A DNA stretch of 63,133 nucleotides, filler included, from Octopus bimaculoides (GCF_001194135.2; 7 parts of 6 records of this genome joined end to end with filler, not necessarily neighbours in it); one strand, 5' to 3'. Positions 25,063-40,561 are shown, counted from the first letter of the whole stretch. Program-made: numbers and translations. Notes: generated by a model from the letters alone, not told the origin.

Positions 25063-25402
25063 NNNNNNNNNNGTGTGTGTATGTATGTATACATGTGTGA
25101 GTGGATATGTGTATGTGCCTCTATGTGATATATATATGTATATATTACTCTTTTTACTCTTTTACTTGTTTCAGTCATTTGACTGCGGCCATGCTGAAGC
25201 ACTACCTTTAGTCGAGCAAATCGACCCCAGGACTTATTCTTTGTAAGCCTAGTACTTATTCTATCNNNNNNNNNNNNNNNNNNNNNNNNNNNNNNNNNNN
25301 NNNNNNNNNNNNNNNNNNNNNNNNNNNNNNNNNNNNNNNGCTAAGTTACTGGGATATTGACACACCAGCGTCGGTTTTCAAGCGATGGTGGGGGCGGGGA
25401 CA

Positions 25403-25446
<44 letters not shown>

Positions 25447-25665
25447 TACACACACATTGTCATGATTAATAATAAATTCTTGTATATTCGATCTTCTGTC
25501 TTTCATTTGCTACATATATATGTATATATATATATAGGGTGGGCTTCTTTCAGTTTCCATCTACCAAATCCACTCACAAAGCTTTGGTCAGGCTGAGACT
25601 AAGACACTTGCCCAAGGTGCCACACAATGGGACTGAACCCGGAACCATGTGGTTGGGAAGCAAGC
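24826..25665 (-). mobile_element. SINE family B copy (partly duplicated across gaps)
   Basis: ttcagtcatttgactgcggccatgctg..gtcgagcaaatcgaccccaggac..gggactgaacccggaaccatgtggttgg. Confidence 0.8.
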
Positions 25666-26899
25666 TACTATATATATATATATGTACTTTTATTGGCTGA
25701 AGTGTTTAAAATGTGCCATTTTGAAGCACCTTCAATGATTTTGCTAGTTCTTTGTATTTTGGCTGGTGTATATTTTATCTCTCATGCAAGGATGAACGGC
25801 TATATGCATCTTGGTCTCTTTCTTATACATTATGCAAACTATCACTGTATTATTGTTGCAGAGACCAAAAACAGCAAAATTTAAATTCCCAAATGAAGAA
25901 CGCAAAACTTAGAACTTAAAACTTAAATTATTACATATATTTTACGAAAAAATGTTCATGAAATCTTAAATAGGAAACAACTTGAAGGTATTTGAAAAGC
26001 TAAAAATTCACACCAAACTCTGAAGTTTTGTATATTTTTATTTTCATTTATGAATTATTTTGTTTTAATTTATTTCACTTACCAAAGTTTGAATCAAGTA
26101 AGAACTACCTCCCCAAAGAATTTAAATTTCCACGAATTCTATTTTGGTATATGGCTTTTATATATTTTCTTGACATCATAGATTTCTGTACAAATATAAC
26201 AAAACAACAACTAAACTAACGAAAATAATACTAAACCAAAAGACTGACGCCTATCCCCGTTACCGTCGCCTTAAAATTACAAGAGTTCCTTGTTTTGTTT
26301 TATTCCATTATTATCAGTACCATCTCCATCAGTTTTATCACCGTTGTCATGGTGATTATCATCATTATTATAATTGTTATATATTTTTATTTAAATAATT
26401 TTTGAAAATATTTCTAACAAGTAGTTTTGGTTGGTGTTTTACAAATGAAACACAGATTGTAAACAATGTTTATTTTCTCAAAACATACGAGTTTTTTTTA
26501 CCTTTTTTCTTTTTAGCTCCCAGCAATCAGAGCAATTAATATTTGTATATTTGTATACATACATACATGTATACATATATACATGTGTGTGTGTGTATAT
26601 GCAGATACATGAATATATATATATATGTATGTATCTATCTGTCTATTTCTCTCTCCATTTATATACACACACACACAGACACACATAAATACATCCATAC
26701 ATGTATTTTTATATACACACACATACACATACACGCATACATGCATGGAAGTGTGTGATTGTGCATATATAAATACATAGCTAGCTAGTTATAAATATCT
26801 ATGTGTGCATATCCATGTGTGGATAAGATCTTTACCACGACCACGGCCACCACGACCACCACCACCATCGTCATTGTTGTCGTCGTTGTCGTTGTTGTT

Positions 26900-27150
26900 G
26901 TCGTCATCGTCATCATCATCAACTGTTGTAGCATAAGCAGTAAAACTCATCACTACCATCACCACCCCCACCACTACCACCACCCTCATCATGATCATGA
27001 TCATGATGATCATCATCATCAACTGTTGTGGCATTAGCAGTAAACCTCGTCATCATCACCACCACCACCACCACCATCATCATCATCGTCATCATCATCA
27101 ACTGTTGTAGCGTAATCAGTAAACCTTATTACCCTCACCACCACCATCAT
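26900..27150. repeat. Compound tandem repeat: ~30-bp core in (CAT/CAC)n spacers, 3 copies
   Basis: aactgttgtagcataagcagtaaa variants at ~26921, 27021 and 27101. Confidence 0.8.
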
Positions 27151-27324
27151 CATCCATTTGTATTTATGTTTTGATGCTTGTTTTAGTTGGACAGGTCCTC
27201 TTCAACACACCATCTTTCTTCTTCTCACCCTCACTCTGTTTCTTTTCCCTTTCTCTCTCACTGCACATATACGCATTTAAATATATACACATATCTACAT
27301 CTATACCTAAATGTATGTCTACCG

Positions 27325-27509
27325 CCTGACTGGCCCTCGTGCCAGTAGCACATAAAAGCACCCACTACACTCTTGGAGTGGTTGGCATTAGGAAGGGCAT
27401 TCAGATGTAGAAACTCTGCCAGATCAGATTGGAGTCTGGTGTAGCCATCTGGTTTGCCAGTCTCCAGTCAATTCGTCCAACCCATGCTAGCATGGAAAGC
27501 GGACCTTAA

Positions 27510-27540
<31 letters not shown>
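27325..27540 (+). mobile_element. RTE LINE 3'UTR fragment
   Basis: Same 3' end and (GAT)n tail as 19150-19368. Confidence 0.75.
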
Positions 27541-27556
<16 letters not shown>

Positions 27557-28288
27557 GGTGATAATGATGATGTCAATANNNNNNNNNNNNNNNNNNNNNN
27601 NNNNNNNNNNNNNNNNNNNNNNNNNNNNNNNNNNNNNNNNNNNNNNNNNNNNNNNNNNNNNNNNNNNNNNNNNNNNNNNNNNNNNNNNNNNNNNNNNNNN
27701 NNNNNNNNNNNNNNNNNNNNNNNNNNNNNNNNNNNNNNNNNNNNNNNNNNNNNNNNNNNNNNNNNNNNNNNNNNNNNNNNNNNNNNNNNNNNNNNNNNNN
27801 NNNNNNNNNNNNNNNNNNNNNNNNNNNNNNNNNNNNNNNNNNNNNNNNNNNNNNNNNNNNNNNNNNNNNNNNNNNNNNNNNNNNNNNNNNNNNNNNNNNN
27901 NNNNNNNNNNNNNNNNNNNNNNNACACCATGTCATGCACATATGGTTGTGATGCATGTGCCTGGTGTACCCTTATCAGATGGGGAGTCATGATGGGTATA
28001 CTGGGCTTTGTATATTTTACCCCAGTGTCACTTTGATGGTATGCACTGCTCTCTCACTCAATAATGATAATGATAGCTTCAAATTTTGGCACAGGTCCAG
28101 CAATGCCAAGAGAAGTAGAATTCAATTATATTGACCCCAGTATTTCACTGGTACTTCATTTTATTGACATGGAAAAGATGAAAGACATGACTGATTTCAG
28201 TGGGATTTGAGCTCCGAAGCTAAAGAGCTGGAACAAATGGAGCAAAACACTTTTTTCTGACACTAATGATTCTGCTAGCAATAAATAT

Positions 28289-28326
<38 letters not shown>

Positions 28327-28384
28327 TAATATTAATAATAATAATGATGATGATAATGATAATGATAATAGTAATAATAATAAT

Positions 28385-28430
<46 letters not shown>

Positions 28431-28549
28431 GTATTGATGATGATGATGGTGATGATAATAATGTTTCCAAATTTTGGCTCAATAACAACTGCCAGAATCA
28501 GATGAGAAATTAAGTCAACACCTGAAGGGAACAATTTATACATTAATTA

Positions 28550-28586
<37 letters not shown>

Positions 28587-28747
28587 ATGGGTATAGGTAT
28601 GACTGTGTGTGTGCGTGAATGTGTGTTTTTGTATGCATATGTGGTACATACCATAAATGTTTGAGCAAATTGTGTTTGCATCTGTGATCTGTGTAAAACA
28701 TATCTGTTCATGTATACATGTGAAAGTGTGTTTGCGTGTTTGTGTGT

Positions 28748-28780
<33 letters not shown>

Positions 28781-29000
28781 ATTTATGTCATGTTTGTGTG
28801 CATCTGTAATTTCTATTAGTTGTGTGCATACATACATACAGAAATACATATATATATGTATATGCACATATATATATGTATATGTATATGTATATATATA
28901 NNNNNNNNNNNNNNNNNNNNNNNNNNNNNNNNNNNNNNNNNNNNTTAATTAATTAANNNNNNNNNNNNNNNNNNNNNNNNNNNNNNNNNNNNNNNNNNNN

Positions 29001-29041
<41 letters not shown>

Positions 29042-29334
29042 GATGGGCTTCTTTCAGTTTCGGTCTACTAAATCCACTCAAAAGGGTTTAGTCGATCCAG
29101 ATGAGTGGACTGGGTCAACGCGAAATAAAGTGTCTTGCTGAAGGACACAAGGTGTTGCCGGGAATTGAACTCAGGGCCTTACGATCGTGAGCCGAATATC
29201 ATAACCACTAAGTCACGCGCCTATACAGTCTATATTAATATACACAATGTATACGCAAACACACACATACATACGTATATGTACATGCGTGTGTTCGTGT
29301 ATGTGCATCCATGTCTGCATTCTGGAACCGTGAA

Positions 29335-29522
29335 AGGCGGTGAGCTGGCAGAATGGTTAGCACGCCGGGTGAAATGCTTAGCGACATTTCGTCTGTCTTT
29401 ACGTTCTGAGTTCAAATTCCGCCGAGGTCGACTTTGCCTTTCATCCTTTCGCGGGGTCGATAAATTAAGTACCAGTTGCGTACTGGGGTCGATGTAATCG
29501 ACTGGCTCCCTCCCACCAAATT
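29335..29522 (+). mobile_element. tRNA-derived SINE, family A
   Basis: ggcggtgagctggcagaatggttagc (A-box-like)...gttctgagttcaaattccgcc (B-box-like). Multicopy in the window. Confidence 0.85.
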
Positions 29523-29526
29523 TTTC

Positions 29527-29986
29527 AGAAATAAGAGAGCCATCTACATCCACTGTGTTCTTTCTGAACAGACGGACAACAAAGAATACTTTGTGGAGAT
29601 TTTTAGGGCTGTCTGGAAGAGATTTCGTCGCAAAATGCCAGAGTATGTACACAGGGGTAGAACACCAGTCCACAATTCCATCCGGTAGCCAACTACTTGA
29701 CAGAGAGGGGCATCAAAACTGTACCTCACTTTTCCTGCAGTGCAGACCTTTCTTCTTGTGACTTTTGATTCTCTATGCTAAAGAAAATTATAGAAGCTGG
29801 GATAAGGATTCTAGACACCTTTACTTTGGAGGACTTCTCTGGGCCTTCACACAATGGCTGGAGCACAACAACATGTGCACTGAAGTCAGAGGATCTTATT
29901 TTGAAGGAGATTAAAGTTGTGCGATTCTTTGAAATTAATAAATGTCTCTCTTGAAAAAGTCTCAAATTCCTGTAAAGCACCTCGAA
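29527..29986 (+). pseudogene. Mariner transposase C-terminal relic with right end
   Basis: NKEYFVEIFRAVWKRFRRK..PVHNSI.VANYLTERGIKTVPH...ADLSSCDF...RGSYFEGD*, followed by a TIR-like aaaaagtctc...cctcga. A SINE lies immediately upstream. Confidence 0.75.
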
Positions 29987-32727
29987 TGCTTTCATAGGAT
30001 TTAATATTACACAATACTAAATCTTATTCAAAATGTAGCTTCTTGCAAAATGGTTGAAATTTAATTAACAAGTCCTACATCTACCATAACTTTAAACTCT
30101 AATTGCAACATCTATAACGACTGTTCATTGAATTCTAATTATTTAGCGAAGAATACGTGTACCACCGTGAAGTAAAACCTGGAAATTCTAGAAGAGAATA
30201 CATTAGATTTAATGCTAACATCCTTAAGTCTCTGTATAATCAGTATGCTTTTGAGCCTTTTATTCGAAAATAACAAAAAAACAATTAAACGTTATATTTA
30301 TATAATGGAATCTAGTCATATTTGCGAATTACAGAAATTCTAGAACATATTCTAACTCTAGCAGGAAATACTTTCCTTACATCGAAAATACAACACCGTG
30401 CAGTTTCTGGCATGAAGACCCTTACAAAATCCTGTTTGCCAAGGTTTGTATACTTAACAGATATTCGGAAAGGGAGGCAACTTGCCATGATAATATTTTC
30501 ATGCTAAACAATAGCTTCAGTTGTTTTCTTATTCCCATAGAAAAGTATACGCGATATAAACACTTTCTAATTAAGACAATTACTATCCTAGAAAGGTATA
30601 TATCGTTATATATATAGATATATATATATATAGGTATATATAGATATATATCATTTTGCTGGGATAAACTTAATTACCATTATAGTTTTCACTTGTATTT
30701 GAAACTAAATTTCTTTACTGAATGAATCTGGTGTTATAAAATTTTTGTTTTGCATTTCATAAATTGTGCCTAAATTACAAACGTTACCTTAACCAATTCC
30801 TATCAATATATCCGTTAATCGGTATATTCATCGATATTTCTTTCAATTTTGTACACTGAATGTCGCTTTGCAACTTTTGACACATATTTAAATTCGAATT
30901 TGTATCACCAAAAAAGCCTTCTTTGGAAATTTGATAAATACTGTTTCCTTCTCTTCCTATCATTCTATCCATTGACACACGAATTCTAACCGTCACTGAA
31001 ATTAAGTAGAGCACATGAAAATACAATTAGCAATTAATGTAATCACGTATAGGCGTATGAGGATAGCGTCTAAATTAAATGGGAACAAGAATATAACAAA
31101 CATTTATATAATGAAAAAAAAAAATTAAAATTTTGTTTCATGAAAAGGTTGTCATGGCACAAAGCATTTTTTTTCTAAATATTTGTTGAGTACAGAAACC
31201 TTAGCGAACTGGATTTCATAGACCTCTTTACATCAGAGATTGCATGGTCTTCTATTTTCGATGTGAGATTTAGCTTTAGCAACAAATTTCCAGCTAAATC
31301 ACGGTATGCAAGCCCATCCGATTACCACACTATCAGAACTAGAAACTTGAAGTAACTGACGTATAACACATGTATTAACCAGATTATACATAATTCTTGC
31401 TAGAATGAATACTTTTGCTGATCATAAATGCAAGCGGGCGGTAAAACGCTGTTGATTTAAATCGAAGAAGTTTCGATATCTTCTGACAGAATATCATGCC
31501 CAGCTGTGTAAGCAGGTTCCATGAAAGTTCGTGGGAATTCTGCGGGTAGGCACAAGAATAGGACGAAACCCCAAATCTAGTCCGTTATAAAAGAATAACA
31601 CAAATTGTTTATAAATAGAAACGTATATTAATTCAATTGAAAGTTTTTGTTATGTATTCATTCTAAAACGATACAAATGAAATATATTGTCGTATAAATT
31701 AATTCCAGGGGGTCAAATTACCACGAAACACACTTGGAGTTGCCACTGCAATTAACAAGTAAATTAACAGGTATCTGAATCTCTTTTCATCACATGTATC
31801 AGTTTAATTATTAAGCAAATTAAATTTAAGAGTTATCTTCCTTTGTTTTGATTGACAAATATTCTCATTAATGCTAATTACTTACCTTTTCATTTATTTC
31901 GTTTGAATTGGTTTAATTTGAATTGAGTAAAAAAATATCATTGGCGTGTTACATTCAGTGTGGTAACCTGCACTTAACTATATGATTTTCATACTGAAGA
32001 CACCCATGAGAACTTTCCTAATATGTATATTACAACACACAGCAATACATCTTTAGATAAATTGCTGAAAGTGTTCAATTATATTGAGCTGGTAATAAAG
32101 ATACCTGGGAACAATCCATTTAATTGATAAGTGCTTTAGCAATGATTAGCAGAATGCGCCGAAAATCCATATTAAAAACGTAAGCGTGTGGCACACGTCA
32201 ACAACACACAGAATACAGCAATACCAGGAGGTATTGCACGTATATTGCGTAAATTACTTTCAATACAACAGCAAGATACAGAACCAAATATAGCACCAGT
32301 GTACGTACCCAAGGCACACAAAACTGTTCTCTATTTTTCAGTGAAAGCAAGCAACTAACAGTAAGAATATTAAAATTAAGATAATAATGACGATAATGAT
32401 AATGCTAATAATTACCTCGAAGACAACAGATGCTATTCTTTACGCGTCTAACTAGTATATGTCTTAAACAGTATGATGTTTGCTATAAACATATGTGTAA
32501 TCTTTTATCTTTGGGAAAGATCTCGAGAGATAAATATTACGGTTATCTGCCTTACGCGCACTCTCCAAAAGACATATAAACGGGCGGATTACGGATAAAT
32601 ATGTGTGCGTGTGTGTATGTCTGTATGTGTATATATATAGAAATTGGAATGGAAAATAAACATTAGTAAACACCAACGAAAATATATACGCACAAACAGA
32701 CACAGGCACACGCACACACATTTCTTT

Positions 32728-32938
32728 ATTGCCCACAGGGGGCTAAACATCGAGGACAAACAATGACAGACAAAGTGAGTCGATTACATCGACCCTAGTG
32801 CGTAACTGGTACTTATTTAATCGATCCCGCAAGGATAAAAGGCAAAGTCGACCTCGGCCAAATTTGAACTCAGAACGTAAAGACAGACGAAATACCGTTA
32901 AGCATTTCGCCCGGCGTGCTAACGATTCTGCCAGCTCG
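32728..32938 (-). mobile_element. tRNA-derived SINE, family A
   Basis: Near full-length reverse copy. Confidence 0.85.
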
Positions 32939-33290
32939 CACACACACATATATATATGCATACACAAACGCACGCACACACATACATACATACATACATA
33001 CATACATACATACATACATACATACACACATACATACATACACATTTACTTTTGTATGTGAGTAGCTCATTCCAAATTAGTAAATGACGTATTTATTACA
33101 TTTAGAAAGAACAATCAACTATATTAATTATGTTAACTTATAATACTCTGAATTTGCCCCTCATACCATCGGGCTACTGTGGGAAAACTTAGTTCACACA
33201 ATATCATGATATGGCACATATCAGAAAAACACCATCACTTGTGTGTATACATATATATGGATATCTAATATCTTTTACTTGTTTCACTGT

Positions 33291-34022
33291 GTCATCATCG
33301 TCATCATCATTATCATTTAACATCCGTTGTCTTCGCTGGCATGGGTTGGACGGTTCGACCAGGAGAGGTAAGCTGAAAGGCTGCACCAGACTCCAATCTT
33401 ATCTGGCAGTGTTTCTACAGCTGGATGTCCTTCCTAACGTCAACCTCTCTGAGAGTGTAATGGGTCCTTTTACATGCCACCAGCATGGTGCCATTTGTGT
33501 GACACCAGTATTTGCCATGACTGCGATTTTGTTCGGTTTGATGGGTCTTCTTCTCAAGCACGACATAACGCCAGAGGTTTCGGTCATTGCCTCCGTGAGG
33601 GCCAACACTAGAAAGGAACTCAACCACTTTGCCTCCCTGAAGCTCAACGCTCGAAAAGTGCTCCTTACGTGCCACCGGCATGGGTGCCAGTTTCGTGACA
33701 CTAGCATCATGACTACGATTTCACTTGGCTTGACGGGTCTTCTCAAGCACAGCATATCACCAAAGGTCTCGGTCACTAGTCATTATTTTTGTGAGGCCCA
33801 AAGTCCGAAGATCATGCTTCACCACTTCATCCCATGTCTTCCTGGCTCTACCTCTGCCACAGATTCCCTCCACAGTTAGGGATCGGCACTTATTTAGATA
33901 ACTGTCCTCTTCCATACGCATCACATGACTATACCAGTGAAGCATCTGATGCATCTTATACCAAACTTTTCTCACAAGATGTACACACTCTGTCGAACAT
34001 GCACACTGACATTGCACATACA
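33291..34022 (-). mobile_element. RTE-clade LINE 3' portion
   Basis: LHWYSHVMRMEEDSYLNKCRSLTVEGICGRGRARKTWDEVVKHDLRTLGLTKIMTSDRDLW, plus the shared 3'UTR and (CAT)n tail. Confidence 0.85.
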
Positions 34023-34065
34023 GTGAATTTTGAACCTGGGTTCTCATTTCTAAGGTATTTTTCGA

Positions 34066-34138
<73 letters not shown>

Positions 34139-34238
34139 NNNNNNNNNNNNNNNNNNNNNNNNNNNNNNNNNNNNNNNNNNNNTTAATTAATTAANNNNNN
34201 NNNNNNNNNNNNNNNNNNNNNNNNNNNNNNNNNNNNNN

Positions 34239-34270
<32 letters not shown>

Positions 34271-34864
34271 GTGTATATGTGTGTGTGTGTATACACACAC
34301 ATAAATATGTATATGTGTGATCGTGTGTGTTAGTAGAGAGAGAGACAGACAGACAGACAGAGACAGAGACAGACAGATAGAGAGACAGAGAGACAAAGTG
34401 ATAGATAAATATATACATACATACATACATACAGACATACATACATACATACATATATGCATATAAAAAGTGGGAGAATCAAGTCTGATACCAGTTGCCA
34501 TCAAATATTAATATTTCGTCTACGAATCAAACATTTAAGAACGTCGTTTGTCATTTCAATTGAAAAACATCACAAGTGAGGGATGATAAGCGAAACATTT
34601 CAGCGACGTTAAAACTTAACGGGACCTGCAGAGTTCAATAACGTCAGTTGGCATCACAACGCTATTGTTAATGTGTTAGTGTCACAGTTCAGTAATCTCA
34701 TACGTCATTACTTCTATCATCCGAATATTCACGACCATCTTTGATATCTCTGTCTCTCTACTCCTTCCCTCACTCTCTCTCTCTCTTTCTATTTCTATTT
34801 CCTACATACAAACACAAGTATATACTCAAGAGCATAGTTGTTTTCTATGTAATGTAATTTAATG

Positions 34865-34993
<129 letters not shown>

Positions 34994-35107
34994 TTTGTGT
35001 GCCTGTGTTTCTTCCCACCCCAACATCGCTTGACAACTGATGCTGGTGCATTAACGTCCCCTTACAAAGAATAAGTCCTGATGTCGATTTGTACGACTAA
35101 AAGGAGA

Positions 35108-35417
35108 CAGAGACAAAAGATGGCTATGGATGACTAAAAGTGGTTTAAAACCGGAAACGGAGGCTCTAATCTGTGCTGTCCAAGAGCAAACTCTACGAAC
35201 AAACTACATAAAATACAGAATAGACAACACATCAGAGAGTGATGAGTGCACAATCTGTGGAGAAAACGGTGATACTGTATGACATATTACCAGCCAATGT
35301 ACGCCACTAGCCCAGAAGGAACGCCACGACAATATAACAGACGCCAAGACAATATAGCCAGGCTTGTCTATTGCACACTTTGCAACAAGTATGGACTTGA
35401 CAGAGCAAAAACCAGTT
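35108..35417 (+). mobile_element. R4/Dong-like LINE fragment, CCHC zinc-knuckle region
   Basis: WLWMTKSGLKPETEALICAVQEQTLRTNYIKYRID...CTICGENGDTV*HITSQC...RHDNI. It has an in-frame stop and a small duplication. Confidence 0.85.
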
Positions 35418-35485
35418 GAAGACACACGAGATGTCAAAATATCGTTCACTAGATAACAGTGGCACTCTTCTTTTAATTTTGACTC

Positions 35486-35532
<47 letters not shown>

Positions 35533-35534
35533 GT

Positions 35535-35594
<60 letters not shown>

Positions 35595-36076
35595 AAAGTT
35601 CTCTACAGTTAAATAAACTTTACATTATGTTAGTGGAATAACGTTCTATCTTGAATAAGTAAAGGAATGAAAATACTTGAATATGTATCGTTGAAATGGA
35701 GAAAAATAAATAAATAAATAACGGAAGAAAGAAAGAAAAAAATAGATAACAACAAAACTAAAAGTATGATATCGCTGAAACTTTAAGACAGATATTTTAA
35801 GTAGTGTGAACATTTCAAGTACCTATAATTGGATTTCACTTTTCTTGCACTAATTGTTTGCTGAGAGGTTTTTCAAGGAAATATTCCAGACGTGGAAGAT
35901 AATAGCATAGAGATGGGTTCATAATATACCTTATTGACACAGAAAATTTCTGATTTAACTTAGTGTAAATATATTCAATGGAGGATGCATTAAAAAGTGA
36001 AGAAATTATGATACTATAATAGAAACAAATCACCTGTGTAATACGAAACAATGTCTAATATATTAGATATGTTAGA

Positions 36077-36300
36077 AGGTGGCGAGCGGGCGGACAGAGT
36101 CGTTAACACAGCGGCCAAAATGCTTAGCGGCATTTCATCCGTTCTTACGATTTGAGTTCAAATTCCGCCAATGTCGAATTTGACTTTCATCCTTTCGGAG
36201 TCGATAAAATAATGTACCAGTTGAACAGTGAGATCGATGCACACGTCTTATCCTCTCCCCAGAAATTGCTGGCCTTGTGCCAAAGTTTGAAATCACTATT
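36077..36300 (+). mobile_element. tRNA-derived SINE, family A
   Basis: Forward copy with head and 3' tail. Confidence 0.8.
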
Positions 36301-37159
36301 GATATATAGATGCACTATAAGATACGTGACGTGAAAAAAATTATACAGTAAGTAAAAAGAAAGAGAAAACAAATTAGCCAATGGGTAATATTATTTTAAC
36401 TTTACTGAAGTAAAGTAAGCAAAACAATTCTTTGCATGTTTCCATCTATGATGACCTTATCATCGAATCATAAAGCTCACCGAACTTTTCCTTTATTGAT
36501 GTAATAAACATGAAGTGATTGTATACGACAGTTCATATGTTTGAATAGAAAACGGAACGTTTGTTTTTAGTATTGTTTTTATGAATTTTATTGGTTTTCT
36601 TCCAAACTATAAACGGTGCCCATTTACTTCGATATTCCTCGACGGTTAGTGAAGTATTAAGCGTACTAAATAGGACAGAATGTGGGGATGAAGAAATATT
36701 ATGGGTGAATGGAGGGTGGGGAAACACTGAGTTGTCGAAAACCATGCCAGAGAAATGTGGCAGTCGAAAGACCAAAGAAGACCGAAAAGGACATTGTTCC
36801 TATCTTTAATCGAGGACTTAATATGTGGCCCAGTTTAATATAACAACCGCTGATTCTTGAGTTCATTTAAAGGAGACCACTTAGTTGCAGACATTTGGTG
36901 CGGTCCCTGGTCTAAAATTAGTTTTACGTCTTTCTCTTAAGATTCACATTGTTTTTGAAATGACTATCGTTCCATTTTATGCCATAGAAGAGAAAAATAT
37001 TATTCTTTACCTGAAAGCAGGCAATAACAAATAACCAAAGTTATATATTATATATTATATATATTATATATTACAGAGCAACGCGGGAACGAATGGATAA
37101 CTCTATTTCGATTCAGTTTGAAATCATTCTTGGCTCTCCGTCAATTACGGCGACAAATA

Positions 37160-37435
37160 TTCCAGTTGGCCTGATCAAGTGAACAGCCTGCCCGTAAATC
37201 TAACTTCCAAGTGGTTGAGTAATCCGCAGAAACGCGTATACTTAACGTAGTTCTCAGAGAAATTTAACATGACACAGAACATGATTAGGCCAGCTCCCTT
37301 TGAATTACAGGTACAGCTCATTTTTGCCAGCTGAGTGGACTGGAGCAACGAAAAATAAAGTGTCCTCCTCAGTGGCACAACGTGCGGCCGTTAATCGAAC
37401 TCACGACCTCATGATTATGAGCTGAATACTCTAGT
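37160..37435 (-). mobile_element. SINE family C
   Basis: Reverse copy with the same core and tail. Confidence 0.75.
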
Positions 37436-38719
37436 CACACACCTTTCACATTTAAAATTATAATCTTATCCTATATCAGTAAATAATATGCCGGATTTTG
37501 CCGACAGTTTACTTATATTTACGCCCCCTCCACAGCACTCAGGAGGGATTCAAATATATTGACGTTAACAGTAAATAATTTATTCCGATATTCGATCGAT
37601 ATTGCATAATGACTTTCTTTCGTCGAAGATCAGTTGTTGATGTCTACAGCTACTTAGCTTTAATCCACCTTGAATTGTAATCTCTGAGAAAGCGATTCTC
37701 AACCCATCAACATCCCATCTTTTTCCATAAGCTTACGTTGTCTTACTTGACCTTACTTTATTACGATGGAAAGGTATGGGTTAAGGATGATTAGGTTGCT
37801 ATATCTAGCGGATTTAGTGATCGCACAGTGAGTCATTGTTGTTGTTTAGCGCCAGATCAGAGATATTAAAATTCTGGTCATCTCCATTTCTTTTAGTTAG
37901 GCTACATCTAGGAATTCATCGTCATATATATGCATGTTCTGTTACGATATAGGGTGAGATTGGGGGGGGGGGCACTTTTCGTTACCATATTTAGCAAATC
38001 GTGTTACTACATAGAAGCGACCTCATTGGTTAGTTATCATATTGTCATTCCGTCTGCCACTCTCTGGAGGTATGAATAATGCGAAATTATGGATAATGTT
38101 GATCTAGCTACTTTACACTATTTTTTCTGCATAATTTCCTTTTTTTTATAAAAAAAAAATACAAAAATCATGATTATAATTTCATGTTATTTTGTCTGGA
38201 GTTCGTGTTTGTGCATTCGAAATATTTATCACCAGACATATATTTCGTGACCACTGAATTAAAGTCTTTCTCTTGATAAGTTATAATTCATTTCAAAGCT
38301 ACAATATAATAATTGATTCACATAGATGCATTTATCGTCCTTATTGTTATTGTTGTATTTTTATGTCGTCGTTTTTGTTGTTAATTTAGTCACTTTCGAG
38401 TTATTGTTTCTTTTGTAGTTATTCACGAGTTAATATTGTTAGTAACTTTGATGTCGCACTTGTAGGTGGCGTTGTTGTTGTTGTTGTTGTTTTCTTTGTT
38501 GTTGTTTATCTTGTCATTTCATTTTTTTTTCTCCCAGTCTCCTACCTTTACGCTAAAGCTTATTTTATTCAGCAAAAAAAAACTACACCAGGTTTTGTTA
38601 CCATATGCACATAGACAAGTACGCTAACACGCACACATGATTTCAATTAATATAGATTCACACACGCGTGCACATGTACAAGTATCAATAAATAGATAAA
38701 TAAATAAAAAAATAAATAA

Positions 38720-38769
<50 letters not shown>

Positions 38770-40561
38770 NNNNNNNNNNNNNNNNNNNNNNNNNNNNNNN
38801 NNNNNNNNNNNNNNNNNNNNNNNNNNNNNNNNNNNNNNNNNNNNNNNNNNNNNNNNNNNNNNNNNNNNNNNNNNNNNNNNNNNNNNNNNNNNNNNNNNNN
38901 NNNNNNNNNNNNNNNNNNNNNNNNNNNNNNNNNNNNNNNNNNNNNNNNNNNNNNNNNNNNNNNNNNNNNNNNNNNNNNNNNNNNNNNNNNNNNNNNNNNN
39001 NNNNNNNNNNNNNNNNNNNNNNNNNNNNNNNNNNNNNNNNNNNNNNNNNNNNNNNNNNNNNNNNNNNNNNNNNNNNNNNNNNNNNNNNNNNNNNNNNNNN
39101 NNNNNNNNNNNNNNNNNNNNNNNNNNNNNNNNNNNNNNNNNNNNNNNNNNNNNNNNNNNNNNNNNNNNNNNNNNNNNNNNNNNNNNNNNNNNNNNNNNNN
39201 NNNNNNNNNNNNNNNNNCATATATATATATATATATATGGATTTTCATGGATGAGTTCATGAACTTTGGTTCTTTTCTTTAAATTATATATTTATATATT
39301 TTATACATTGAAACGTTATTTAATTTTAATTTTTGATAAATTGAATTTAATTGAGTTTCTACCTGTAAATTTGGATTTTTATTCCTAATATTTATTATCA
39401 TTATTTGTGCAAAACACGTATTTTACGATGCTCCAGTCCACATAGAGAGCAAGAATGGGTAGTACCAGTAATTCAAAGAGGCCAACCTTGTCACATTCTG
39501 TATCACACTGAATCTCCCTGAAAAATACGTTACAGGTACGCATGTCTGTGGTGTTCCCAGCCATTTGCACGTTAACATCATGAGCAGGTTGTTTACGTGA
39601 TCAGATCAACTGAAAGCCTGGTCGTTGCAACCGACGGAGTGCCGGTTAGACCGTATTCACAATCCATCCCCTCGGTTTTGTAACGCCAGCTGGCACAGGG
39701 ATAACTTTGGCGGAGTCTCATAATTGCAGTCATACGGACCGCGAAACTTTTTTCCCACGCGAGTTACGGACACCAGTTACAAACTCATTTGCATACAGTC
39801 AATCAGGGCTCAACTATCAAACTAATTTATGAGCGCATAACAAGTGATGGGCGACAAGATAAGGTCACTTTGGTAAGGAAGGACCATGCTTCTTTTCTCT
39901 TTTGATAATGCTTGTTATTCTTGTTCTTGTTTCAAACATGGCGCCTCTGCGTAATTATTCGTGTTGTTTACTTCGTAAAACAGTAAGGGGAGAGGGTTGC
40001 TAGCACACCACCCTCTATCCACATTTTCCCCATCCACATCTTTACCATGTGAGGCCTTAACAAAATCTGATTATAGGTATAGATGCAAGTCTATCTAATT
40101 ACTTGTCTCCTAAAATCAGACATAACTTGGCGATCGTTCTTGAATCCCAACATTTGTTAAATTGACAAGGTGAAGGTAAGCTCTGATTGGCTTTATGCAA
40201 ATAAGTTCATTACTGGGGTCCAAAAACGTTTCGCATCTAGGTCAGGTCTTCCTTAACAGTAACTCTATATCTTATTCTCACTTGTCACAGAATGCTTCAA
40301 ATTAAAGCTCATAGTCATTACTTTTCCTTTTCTGATTAAGGCATGAAAAGAATACATTCAATTAACATTATCGTTAATCCAGCCAGTAACAAAACAAAAG
40401 TTCGTAAATGAAGGAATATTCTAGAGAAACTGCACTTGCTCTATTTCGTTATCAGTCAATGCTGTTCTCCTTTCTCATCGTCAAGCAAATAAAACAACAA
40501 AGAATAGACAAACATAAGATCGAAATTAGACAAGCAGACACGGAGTTATTCATGTATGAAC

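Noticed and set aside
24720-25440. Near-identical ~310-bp tandem duplication
   Set aside because: The copies flank a 10-N gap and include SINE sequence, so an uncollapsed haplotype or overlap artefact is most likely.
29335-29420. tRNA-like heads of SINEs
   Set aside because: There is no complete cloverleaf, and they continue into multicopy SINE bodies, so they are not tRNA genes.
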